Below, one piece after another: positions 38,057 through 47,812 of a DNA stretch of 64,000 bases; the stretch's first letter is position 1; each line of letters starts with the position of its first letter. The stretch is from the NCBI GenBank assembly GCA_052246995.1, contig JBQPWD010000004.1, positions 128,001 to 192,000 on the forward strand, written 5' to 3'. The notes beneath the pieces are model-generated. The model was not told the origin of the DNA. It made no database searches and saw nothing but the letters and a program-made list of their open reading frames with translations. The position numbers and the translations under genes are program-made. This DNA is from Candidatus Bathyarchaeota archaeon. Lineage in GTDB: Archaea; Thermoproteota; Bathyarchaeia; Hecatellales; Hecatellaceae.

Positions 38057-38943
38057 CCTATAAAACTTAAAACTTCATAAACTTTCTTATACGCATCCTT
38101 AAATTTTGAATCTTTTAAAACGTAACTTTTAGATTTATTGAAGATTTTAAGAAAAGCTTTTTCATCACCTTTTAAAAGAATGTTTTTAAATTTTTCAATG
38201 TTTTCTGCCAGCATCTTAACTATAGCTAGGGAAAACTTATTATTAAGCTGGATAGATGCGTACAAACTTGGATCCTCAGCTAAAACTGCTTCAGCAAGAG
38301 TTAATTGAAGGTTAAAGGTTGTTCCACCGAACACTTTAACTCTATTTATGTTAATATTTGAAGAGACCAGCGTTCTAGCAAAAAGAATGTTTAAGACATG
38401 TGGTAGGCTTAAAGTGTAAGCCATAAGCCTATCATGAGTTTCAGCATTTTTAACAAAGACAATGTTCGCACCTTCCTCGTGGAAGGGTTTTAAAATAAAG
38501 TTTAGAACATCTCTCCGCCTGGTAACAGGAATTACCAAAATATTTTTTCCTTGAAGGTTGTTAGCACCAGGGCCAAACATTGGATGAAGACTTAAAGTGT
38601 GCATACCAAGTTTTTGGGCTTTTTTAAGCATAGGTAAAACTTCCTGTTTAACCGACGCCACATCAAAAATTATTGTCCCCCTTTTCACGTAGTTTACAAC
38701 TTCCTCAATAATTGTTGGTGTAGCTTTTATTGGAACTGAAACCATAACAACGTCAGCAAAACTTCTAACAGTATTTAGGGATGAGGTAAAATTTACATCA
38801 AGCTCTTCTGCAACTTTCATAGTTTTCTCTTTACTTCTTCCGAAAATTGTAACGTTAAAACCTTTATTCTTAAAAAATTTGGCAAACCATTTACCCATCT
38901 TACCTGTACCACCAACAATCAAAATTTTTTTATTAAATTCCAC
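38053..38943 (-). CDS. tyrA: Prephenate dehydrogenase
   Basis: 'GGTGKMG', 'DVASVK', 'HPMFGP', 'HDRLMA'. Confidence 0.93.
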   Translation of the reverse strand: MEFNKKILIVGGTGKMGKWFAKFFKNKGFNVTIFGRSKEKTMKVAEELDVNFTSSLNTVRSFADVVMVSVPIKATPTIIEEVVNYVKRGTIIFDVASVKQEVLPMLKKAQKLGMHTLSLHPMFGPGANNLQGKNILVIPVTRRRDVLNFILKPFHEEGANIVFVKNAETHDRLMAYTLSLPHVLNILFARTLVSSNININRVKVFGGTTFNLQLTLAEAVLAEDPSLYASIQLNNKFSLAIVKMLAENIEKFKNILLKGDEKAFLKIFNKSKSYVLKDSKFKDAYKKVYEVLSFIG

Positions 38944-39241
38944 CTAAATCACCTATTTTTCTTTCCAAATCTCATAAACTAAAAGTTTTAAATTTTTTCT
39001 GTAAAATCGTTAACAGCATGAAGGTTTAACTTTAAACTTGTTATACTATCAACAACTAGAAAAACGCTATGTTGTAAACGCACTTAAAATTAAAGTTAAA
39101 TTTATCGACAAGTAATTTTTAATTTCATTGTAAATTTGGGCAACTACACAAACTCTTTTACTGCTCTCATAAATCTTATCCTTCAACCCTTAACCCAGGA
39201 AATAAAAAAATAAAAATAATAAAAATCTGAACTTAACAGGT

Positions 39242-40444
39242 CTAGAAGTATTTTGCTATTTCTCTTCCAAACATTATACGTGTAATGGCGTTTTTTTGTA
39301 TTTCTTTTGTTCCTTCAACAAGCTCAAGCATTTTTGCAAACTTGTACCATCTTGAGGTGTCTTCTTCTGAGAAGTATCCTAACCCCCCTAGGACGTCTAC
39401 TGCTAGGTCGCATGCTTCAACAGCCAGTCTTCCACAGTACCATTTACACATGGATGCTATTTTTACAGACTCCTCCATGAGTGCAGGTTCTTTTCTTGCT
39501 TTTTCTGTAAGCCATGCCCCTTTAAAGCATAGTGCTTTGGCTGCTTCAACCTTTGTTGCCATTTCTACCATTCTAAAAGTTAAACCTTGAAATGCTGCAA
39601 TCTTTCTTCCAAAAGCCTCCCTTTCCTTGGAGTATGTTATTGCACGTTCAAGTGCAGCCTCAGCAGTCGCTATAGCTTGTATTGCAACTGCAAGCCTTGT
39701 TGCGTCGAGAAACATTAAACCCAGGTAGAATCCTCTGTTAAGGTTTACAGGTCCACCAACAATTTCGTTGTCTGTTACACGAACATCGCTAAATGAAACT
39801 TCACCTGTTGGTGAAACATGCCATCCAAGCTTTCCTGTAAGGGGTGTTGTATCAACACCTGGACCCCTTTCTATGATAAACTCTGTCTGACCACGGTATG
39901 GTGGTTGGGCAGCCATGTTTGTTTGCACCAATGTTACAAAAATTGTTGCTGTTGTTGCATTTGTTATAAAAGTTTTTGTTCCGTTAATAATCCAGTATTC
40001 ACCCTGTTTAACAGCTTTAGTATCTAAAACCCTTGCAATGTCACTTCCACCAGCAGGCTCCGTAAAACATCCTGCAGAGGTAATTTCACCCTTAGCAAGC
40101 CTAGGAAGCCACTTAGCCTTCTGCTCATGAGTACCAAAGGAGGCAATAATGTCAGAACCAAAAGTTCCAGCCATGATTGCTGACGCAATAACAGGTTCAA
40201 CCTTTACAAGTTCGTATGCAACTATCATACTATCCACAAAGCTTAAACCTTGCCCACCATACTCCTCAGGCCAGGTCATACCCACATAACCCTGCTGAGC
40301 ACACTTTCTGTACAAATCCCATGGAAACTCACCCTTCTGCTCATACTCAACAGCCTTCTCCTTAGTAAACTCCTTCAAAGCAAACTCACGAGCAGAAACC
40401 TGAAGAAGCTTCTGCTCCTCACTCAACTCAAAATCCAAAGGCAA
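39242..40444 (-). CDS. Acyl-CoA dehydrogenase
   Basis: 'DFELSEEQ', 'PEEYGGQG', 'TEPAGGSD', 'NGTKTFITN', 'REAFGRKI', 'EGTKEIQK'; start placed at TTG 40444 after GGTAGGTGAG. Confidence 0.95.
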   Translation of the reverse strand: MPLDFELSEEQKLLQVSAREFALKEFTKEKAVEYEQKGEFPWDLYRKCAQQGYVGMTWPEEYGGQGLSFVDSMIVAYELVKVEPVIASAIMAGTFGSDIIASFGTHEQKAKWLPRLAKGEITSAGCFTEPAGGSDIARVLDTKAVKQGEYWIINGTKTFITNATTATIFVTLVQTNMAAQPPYRGQTEFIIERGPGVDTTPLTGKLGWHVSPTGEVSFSDVRVTDNEIVGGPVNLNRGFYLGLMFLDATRLAVAIQAIATAEAALERAITYSKEREAFGRKIAAFQGLTFRMVEMATKVEAAKALCFKGAWLTEKARKEPALMEESVKIASMCKWYCGRLAVEACDLAVDVLGGLGYFSEEDTSRWYKFAKMLELVEGTKEIQKNAITRIMFGREIAKYF

Positions 40445-40525
40445 AATCTCACCTACCAAATAAATAAATCCAGAAAAGTGGTATTTATAAATTCCTATGC
40501 GAAATTGAGGTGTTAATTTTTTGGT

Positions 40526-40845
40526 CATTTTGACGTTATTCTATTTTACTTTACACATGACAATCGTTCCAGAACATGTAAAGGCTTGCCAAGAAACCGT
40601 TAGGCCATTATACTATTTTACAGACAAGTTGAAGACTGTCGTATATACCTAAAAGTTTGGCAAGGTCTAAAAGTAGTTTTGGATTTTTATTTGTATGTCA
40701 ATGATAAAATGGTGCCATAAACGTTATGGCGGGCCCGACGGGAATTGAACCCGCGACCCCCGGGTTTCTTTGCTTTCTTAAAAGCCCGGTGCTCTATCCT
40801 GGCTGAGCTACGGGCCCACCGGTGCATTTTGACGTTAATCTATTT
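40526..40845. repeat. 21-bp direct repeat pair flanking tRNA-Lys (40526-40546 and 40825-40845)
   Basis: cattttgacgttattctattt versus cattttgacgttaatctattt, 20/21 identical. Confidence 0.75.
40727..40817 (-). tRNA. tRNA-Lys(UUU) with a 13-nt intron at 37/38 (40766-40778) and encoded CCA
   Basis: GGGCCCGTAGCTCAGCCAGGATAGAGCACCGGGCTTTTA[AGAAAGCAAAGAA]ACCCGGGGGTCGCGGGTTCAATTCCCGTCGGGCCCGCCA; CUUU/AAAG central helix with two 3-nt bulges (BHB). Confidence 0.96.
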
Positions 40846-40868
40846 CTATGGAATTTTAAAAGGTTTAG

Positions 40869-41744
40869 TTAAAGTTTTCCTTCTATTTTTTTCTGTAGGT
40901 TGGAGGCTTCTAGTGAAGCTTTAGCTATTAGTAGTGGTAACACTTCCTTCTCAAAGAGAGATGCATTAATTGCAAGGTTTTTTGCTTCGAGTAATGCTTT
41001 TCCTAGCAGGAGTGGCAACGTTTCACGTGTTGGGTAGCCTATGTTGAGTGAAAGGTTGTAGGCTTTAGTTGCCGCATCTTTAAGTTCATTAAACCATTCT
41101 TCAACAGTTTTGCTTAAAATGTCTGCAGTATATATAACACCATTTTCATATGCAACATCCAGTTTTAAGCATGCTTCAACAGGCTTTATTCCAAGTCTAG
41201 AGAGGATGCTTGCAGCTTTATCCGAGATAACTTCACCCTTTCTTACAACAACAGTATCTTTGGTAATCCATATGCTTCCAGCTTCAATTTTTGTTGGAAT
41301 TTTTAAACTGCTAAATTCGCTTATTATTGGACCTGGAGGAATACCAGTGTTTCCCTCGTTTACAATTATATCTTTAGGCGCAACCTCCCCAGCCTTAGCC
41401 GTAAGATTAACTTTAGATTTTTCAAGCATGATGGAAAGCTTGGATGGGTTTAGGTTTGTAAGAACAAGCATGACTGAACCTTTTAAATACTCTTCAAGCT
41501 TCTCTATTCCTACTCTTTTTTCTGCAAGCCTCTTTAAAGCAAGTTTTACAAGGTTTTTTCTTGCAACTCTAAAGGTAACTTGACCTCTAGACCTTCTTCT
41601 AAGCTCATTAACTAAGAATGACTGAACTTTGTACATTCTTGCTAAACCTATAACACTATATTTCTCCATAAGTTTTGTGAGTTCTTCAACCTCCCTTTTT
41701 TTCCACTCTGGAACCTTAACCTTTTTTTCAAGCTGTAAACTCAT
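40869..41744 (-). CDS. rplP0: 50S ribosomal protein L10 (aP0)
   Basis: 'VPEWK', 'AKAGEVAP.DI', 'TGIPPGP', 'LGIKP'. Confidence 0.95.
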   Translation of the reverse strand: MSLQLEKKVKVPEWKKREVEELTKLMEKYSVIGLARMYKVQSFLVNELRRRSRGQVTFRVARKNLVKLALKRLAEKRVGIEKLEEYLKGSVMLVLTNLNPSKLSIMLEKSKVNLTAKAGEVAPKDIIVNEGNTGIPPGPIISEFSSLKIPTKIEAGSIWITKDTVVVRKGEVISDKAASILSRLGIKPVEACLKLDVAYENGVIYTADILSKTVEEWFNELKDAATKAYNLSLNIGYPTRETLPLLLGKALLEAKNLAINASLFEKEVLPLLIAKASLEASNLQKKIEGKL

Positions 41745-42406
41745 CTTCCCTTTCCAACCTCAATTTTTACAGGTTTTCCCATGGTTGTTTTAACAATGAG
41801 GCTTGAAACATACTTACTGAGGGAGCCAAATTTCTCCTCAATCCTTCTTAAAATTGTTAGAATGTTTTCAGCAATCTTTTCACTACCCATATTTTCAACG
41901 CCAACCCTACACTGGATAGTTGGCTGGTCTTTAACTCTTATTCTTACAAGCTTTTTATGTCTATCTAAGACTTCACTTAAAGATGCGCTGGGTGAAACTG
42001 GGGTGGGCATTTTACCTCTAGGTCCAAGCATAGAACCCAAAGTTTTACCAACAAGAGGCATTAAAGGTGCTTCTGCTATAAAAAAGTCGTAGCTTTGGGC
42101 AAGCTTTCTAGCCATTTTCTTGTTTTTAGTTAAAGCTTCCAGCTCTTCACGCTCAACAACCCTATCCACGTTCAGTTTTTTTGCTTCTAAAGCAAATTGT
42201 CCTGAACCTATTACGCAAACTTTAACATCCTTGCTAACAGGATTTGGAAGCTCAACAAGCTCAAGCATCCTATGTTCAGGCTTTTTAGGGTCAATATCTT
42301 TAAGGTTAACTATTAAATCTACGGATTGAGTAAAATTTGCTTTCTTACCGGCATTCTTAGCTTTTTCAACGCACTCAATAAGTCTTTTAAGGTCTACGGA
42401 AGACAA
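41741..42406 (-). CDS. rpl1: 50S ribosomal protein L1
   Basis: 'NFTQSVDLIVNL', 'LGPRGKMP', 'VKTTMG'. Confidence 0.96.
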   Translation of the reverse strand: MSSVDLKRLIECVEKAKNAGKKANFTQSVDLIVNLKDIDPKKPEHRMLELVELPNPVSKDVKVCVIGSGQFALEAKKLNVDRVVEREELEALTKNKKMARKLAQSYDFFIAEAPLMPLVGKTLGSMLGPRGKMPTPVSPSASLSEVLDRHKKLVRIRVKDQPTIQCRVGVENMGSEKIAENILTILRRIEEKFGSLSKYVSSLIVKTTMGKPVKIEVGKGR

Positions 42407-42580
42407 GGTAAACCCATCCTACCCCAGTAAGCTTAAACGTAAAAGTAACAGTAAATAAGATATATAAAAAAGTTTATGGAAAAATTAAAACTTTTTTCAT
42501 AGTTCTGCCTTTAAACTTATCTTATAGTGTTACCTATAATATTAATATTCCCAATAAACTACCTATATAAGGGTTCTCTT

Positions 42581-42940
42581 ATGGTTAAGATTGACAATTT
42601 AAGTTTTGGCTCTATTGTTATCGACGGCAAAAAGTACAAGCATGATGTTATAATCTATCCTAACGGGGTAGTTAAACGTAGAAAGGGAGGTTTTCTCCTG
42701 TTTGGAAGACATACCATTAAGATTGATGGAATTGAAGAACTTTACAACAGCAACCCTGAAATTCTCATTGTGGGTACAGGTACAAGCGGTAAAGCTAAAC
42801 TTTCTGAGGAAAGTAGTAATTTTCTTAAGAACAAAGGTTTAGAGGTTTTTACAGCCTCATCCTATGAAGCTGTAAAAAAGTTTAATGAGTTAACAGGTCT
42901 AGGTAAGAAGGTTGGAGCAATCTTTCATGTAACATGTTAA
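42581..42940 (+). CDS. Mth938-like domain protein
   Basis: 'FGSIVIDGKKY.HDV', 'VGTG.SG', 'FHVTC'; start placed at ATG 42581. Confidence 0.88.
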   Translation: MVKIDNLSFGSIVIDGKKYKHDVIIYPNGVVKRRKGGFLLFGRHTIKIDGIEELYNSNPEILIVGTGTSGKAKLSEESSNFLKNKGLEVFTASSYEAVKKFNELTGLGKKVGAIFHVTC

Positions 42941-42955
42941 CGGTGTAGTTAAACA

Positions 42956-44374
42956 TTGAGCAGTAGCAGTTTAAACGTATTTTTTTATCCTAGAAATGTT
43001 GCTGTTGTTGGGGCTTCAAACAATCCTTTAAAATTTGGTTACCAGGTGGTAAAAAATCTCTTAGATTTGAGGTTTGAAGGAAAAATTTATCCTGTAAACC
43101 CGAGATATGACAACATCCAAGGGTTAAAAGCTTATAAATCCATCTTAGAAATTCCAGAGGATAGTATTGATGTTGCAACAATAATTGTACCAAACGTAGC
43201 CGTACCTGACATTATGGTTGACTGTGCTAAGAAGGGTGTAAAAGGAGTTGTCGTTACAAGTTCAGGATTTAAAGAAACAGGCTTTGAGGGTAAAAAGCTT
43301 GAAGATGAAATTATCAAAATCGCTAGAGAAGCTGGAATGAGGGTTGTTGGACCAAACACAACAGGCACACTTAACATGTCAAATGGTTTTACAACAACAT
43401 TCACTGTTGTACCTGAAAGAAAGGTGGGACCCTTATCCTTTATTGCTCAAACAGGGTTATTTGCAGGAGTAACCTTAAACTGGTTTTTAACATCCCAAAA
43501 ATACGGCTTAGCCAAAGTTTTTGGTTTAGGAAACATGTGTGACGTTAATGAAACTGAAGCATTAGAATACCTAGCTCAAGATCCTGAAACAAAAATTATA
43601 GCACTCTATCTTGAAGGTCTGGGCGGGGAGAAAAGGTTTTTTGATGTCGCAAAAAAAGTTTCAAGAAAAAAGCCTATAATAGTTTTAAAGTCAGGCAGAA
43701 CACAAATAGGTGCAGAAGCAGCCAAATCTCATACAGGTTCACTAGCTGTAAGAGATGATATTTTTGATTGTGCATGTAGACAAGCAGGAATTATACGGGT
43801 AGATGATTTTGAAGAAATGTTTGACGTTATAAAAATGCTTGTGTTTCAACCTTTACCTGAAAAGTTAAATGTTGGAGTTGTAAGCATGACTGGAGCTGGA
43901 GGAGTATTAGCTATTGATTCATGTACTCGCTATGGTGTTAATGTTTCAAGATTTTCACAAAAAACAGTAGAGTATATTCAGTCATTAATGCCTGAATGGG
44001 GAAGAGTTGGGGTTTTTATAGATGTAGAACCGTTAGTTGAAAAGCTTTTTGACAAAGGTTATAAGGTTGCTTTTGAATCGGCAATAGATGACCAAAACAT
44101 CACCTGTGTTCTACTTATTTTTCTAATTCTTCCGAATATAATGGTTACAGAGGATTTTGTTAAACAAATGGTTGAAAACATATTTGTTGAAGGTTTAAGA
44201 AGGAACCCAGGTAAAGCTGCTATACTACACACATTAGGAGAAAAAAAGGTACTAGAATTTATCAATGAATTTTTGGAGGAAAAATTAAGACTTCCAACGT
44301 ATCCAGGCATAGAGAGGTGTGTAAAAGTTTTAGCCAAGCTTAAAAACTATATTAGGTATTTAAAAACCTGTTAA
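42956..44374 (+). CDS. ADP-forming acyl-CoA synthetase alpha subunit
   Basis: 'VVGASNNP.KFG', 'YPVNP', 'GPN', 'KSGRT', 'SHTGSLA' (phospho-His). Confidence 0.9.
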   Translation: MSSSSLNVFFYPRNVAVVGASNNPLKFGYQVVKNLLDLRFEGKIYPVNPRYDNIQGLKAYKSILEIPEDSIDVATIIVPNVAVPDIMVDCAKKGVKGVVVTSSGFKETGFEGKKLEDEIIKIAREAGMRVVGPNTTGTLNMSNGFTTTFTVVPERKVGPLSFIAQTGLFAGVTLNWFLTSQKYGLAKVFGLGNMCDVNETEALEYLAQDPETKIIALYLEGLGGEKRFFDVAKKVSRKKPIIVLKSGRTQIGAEAAKSHTGSLAVRDDIFDCACRQAGIIRVDDFEEMFDVIKMLVFQPLPEKLNVGVVSMTGAGGVLAIDSCTRYGVNVSRFSQKTVEYIQSLMPEWGRVGVFIDVEPLVEKLFDKGYKVAFESAIDDQNITCVLLIFLILPNIMVTEDFVKQMVENIFVEGLRRNPGKAAILHTLGEKKVLEFINEFLEEKLRLPTYPGIERCVKVLAKLKNYIRYLKTC

Positions 44375-44417
44375 AATGCTTCTCCACTTTAAAACTGGTC
44401 TTTATCTCGACCAGTTT

Positions 44418-44906
44418 TTACCCCATGTAAAACTGCTTTATTATTTCATCTTTTTCAACCAAGACATTACAATAGTGGCAACGTAAAACTATCGGATCCT
44501 CGTTTTCCACGTAAAAAAGTTGTTTAACTGGTTCTTGACTGTTGGTTACGCATCTTTGATTTGGACATTTAATAATATCTTTAACAATAGCTGGAAGTTT
44601 AACCTTTTCCTTTTTTATAACGTTAAAATCTCTAATAATGTTTATTGTTGCCTTTGGTGAGACTAAAGCTATCTCAGCAACCTCTTTAGGGCTGATTTCT
44701 CTTCCTTCAATTTTAACAATATCCTTCTTTCCAAGTTTTTTGCTTGGAACGTTCATTAGAATGCTTACAATAAAGCCTTCACGCCCTGAAATGTTAAGAA
44801 TTCTTAAGACTGCTAAAGCTGTTCCGCTTGTAATATGGTCTATAACTGTACCTTCACGGATTTTTTCTACACGTAGTTGTCTTCCACTTTCAGGTTCTGT
44901 CATCAT
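44418..44906 (-). CDS. pyrI: Aspartate carbamoyltransferase regulatory subunit
   Basis: 'GTVIDHI', 'KDIVKIE', CPNQRC and CHYC. Confidence 0.96.
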   Translation of the reverse strand: MMTEPESGRQLRVEKIREGTVIDHITSGTALAVLRILNISGREGFIVSILMNVPSKKLGKKDIVKIEGREISPKEVAEIALVSPKATINIIRDFNVIKKEKVKLPAIVKDIIKCPNQRCVTNSQEPVKQLFYVENEDPIVLRCHYCNVLVEKDEIIKQFYMG

Positions 44907-44955
44907 AAAAATATATTTAGTTTAACTAGATTTAACTGTAATGATGGTTAAGTAA

Positions 44956-45885
<930 letters not shown>

Positions 45886-45993
45886 AACAAGTTAAAGCAA
45901 GCATAAATAACTAGTTGTTGCACCATCGAATTTGTAACTAATTATGGGGTTAAATACAACCTCAATCCTCATTAACTTAACGAGGAATGTAAG

Positions 45994-46230
45994 TTGGAAA
46001 AAAGCCTTAAAAATAGGAAAACATGTTTAAAATGCAAATTTTACAGTATGATTGGAGATGATGAAAGAAATAGGTTATCACTAGATTTATGCTTAAAAAA
46101 AGGACCCTTACCTGCAGCTTATACTTTTAGCGACTTATGCTGCGGTGGAAGTTCATGTATGTTTATCCTAACTCTTAAATGTTTGGAGGAAATTGCTGAG
46201 AAATGTGAGCATTACGAGGAAAAAGATTAA
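45994..46230 (+). CDS. Small Cys-rich hypothetical protein
   Basis: 78 aa, 8 Cys, SD-like GAGGA upstream of a TTG start. Confidence 0.55.
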   Translation: MEKSLKNRKTCLKCKFYSMIGDDERNRLSLDLCLKKGPLPAAYTFSDLCCGGSSCMFILTLKCLEEIAEKCEHYEEKD

Positions 46231-46351
46231 AATAAAAGGTGTAATGCAAAAGTTGAAAGTTAAATATATAAGTGTGGTAAATGCTATGTATTCTTCAAAG
46301 CATATTCAAAAAAGTCAAGGAGAAAAAATAAACCAAGTGTGGTGGAGAAAA

Positions 46352-47794
46352 TTGGTTGATATTTTAGCTTATGGTGCATACATTCCACTTTGGAGAATTA
46401 GCAGAGATGAAATTGCTAGAGGAGCAGGAGTTGCGTCTGCTGGTGGTGAAAAAGCTGTTGCTTCATGGGATGAGGATAGCTTATCAATGGCTGTTGAAGC
46501 AGGAGTTGACTGTCTAGGTGAACAGTTAAACCCTAAGGAAATTGATGCCTTGTTTTTTGCATCCACAACCTCACCATTTAGGGAAAAACATGCAGCCTCA
46601 ATAATAGCTTCAGCATTAGACCTTAGAAGGGATGTAACAACTATAGATTTTGCGGATACGACAAAAGCTGGCACTACAGCAATAAAAGCTGCAGTTGACG
46701 CTGTTAAAGCTGGTTCAGCAAAAAAGGTTTTAGTTATAGCTGGAGAATGTATGGTTTTAACCCCGTCAACAGATTTTGAACAAATTTGTGGTGATGCTGC
46801 AGCGGCAATCTTAGTTGGTGAGGGGGAAGGTATAGCTAAGATAGGTGACTTTGTATCTACAGTAGAACCTATACCTGGACCTTGGAGGCGAAGTACAGAT
46901 TTACTTCCACAAAGATTTGAGGCTAAACTTGATTTAAGATACGGTTTTATCAACTCAACCGTTAACACCATTCAAAACCTTCTTAAAAAGACTAACCTCT
47001 CAATCAAAGATTTCTCTAAGCTTGCTTTTAACGCTCCAGACCCTAGAGGCTATTTTGACGTCTTAAGAGGTATAGGAGCAGATATTAAGCAAATTCAAGA
47101 TCCTCTATTTACAAATGTGGGGATAACTGGCGCAGCACATCCCCTACTTTTGCTTGTTGCCGCCTTAGAAAATGCAAAAGCTGACGAAAAAATTTTATGT
47201 GCAGGTTATGGAGATGGTTGTGACGCTTTTTATGTTGAAACAAGAAAAAAGGTTGAAGAGTTTAAGGGTAGTAGAAGAGCAACAACTGTTTACGTAAAAT
47301 CTAAGCGTATGCTTACAACCTACGAGGAGTACTTAGATTTTAGAAAACTCCGTGAAAGAGCACAACCAGAATATCATAGAGCCTCAATTGTAAAGTATTG
47401 GAGGGATGAAAAGGCTCTTCTTCCATTTTATGGTATGAAGTGTAAGAACTGTGGTTCTGTAACCTATCCTATAAGCAGATGTTGTATTGTATGTGGTGCA
47501 AGGGATAACTATGAAGAAGTTAAAATTGCAAAACGTGGAAAAATTTACACCTTTACTTTTGACTACCTATGTGGCCCTGGAAATGCTGTTGGAGAGTATG
47601 CTGCGCTTAACCCCGCAATAAGAGTTGTTGCGGATATGGAGGATGGTTGTAGACTTTTCCTTGAACTTACAGACTGTAAACCTTCGCCCGAAGAAATATA
47701 TATAGACATGCCTGTAGAATTAACATTTAGGTTGATGAGTGAGAAAACAAACTTTAGGTTTTATAGTTGGAGGGGGCGACCCGTAAGAGGTTAA
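46352..47794 (+). CDS. HMG-CoA-synthase/FabH-like domain (no catalytic Cys) fused to a DUF35 Zn-ribbon/OB-fold
   Basis: 'AYGAYIP', 'DEDSLSMAVEA', 'GDAAAA'; C-terminal CKNC..CIVC and OB-fold 'DMPVELTFR'; start placed at TTG 46352 after GGTGGAG. Confidence 0.85.
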   Translation: MVDILAYGAYIPLWRISRDEIARGAGVASAGGEKAVASWDEDSLSMAVEAGVDCLGEQLNPKEIDALFFASTTSPFREKHAASIIASALDLRRDVTTIDFADTTKAGTTAIKAAVDAVKAGSAKKVLVIAGECMVLTPSTDFEQICGDAAAAILVGEGEGIAKIGDFVSTVEPIPGPWRRSTDLLPQRFEAKLDLRYGFINSTVNTIQNLLKKTNLSIKDFSKLAFNAPDPRGYFDVLRGIGADIKQIQDPLFTNVGITGAAHPLLLLVAALENAKADEKILCAGYGDGCDAFYVETRKKVEEFKGSRRATTVYVKSKRMLTTYEEYLDFRKLRERAQPEYHRASIVKYWRDEKALLPFYGMKCKNCGSVTYPISRCCIVCGARDNYEEVKIAKRGKIYTFTFDYLCGPGNAVGEYAALNPAIRVVADMEDGCRLFLELTDCKPSPEEIYIDMPVELTFRLMSEKTNFRFYSWRGRPVRG

Positions 47795-47812
47795 GTGTGG
47801 AGGTGGAAAGGT

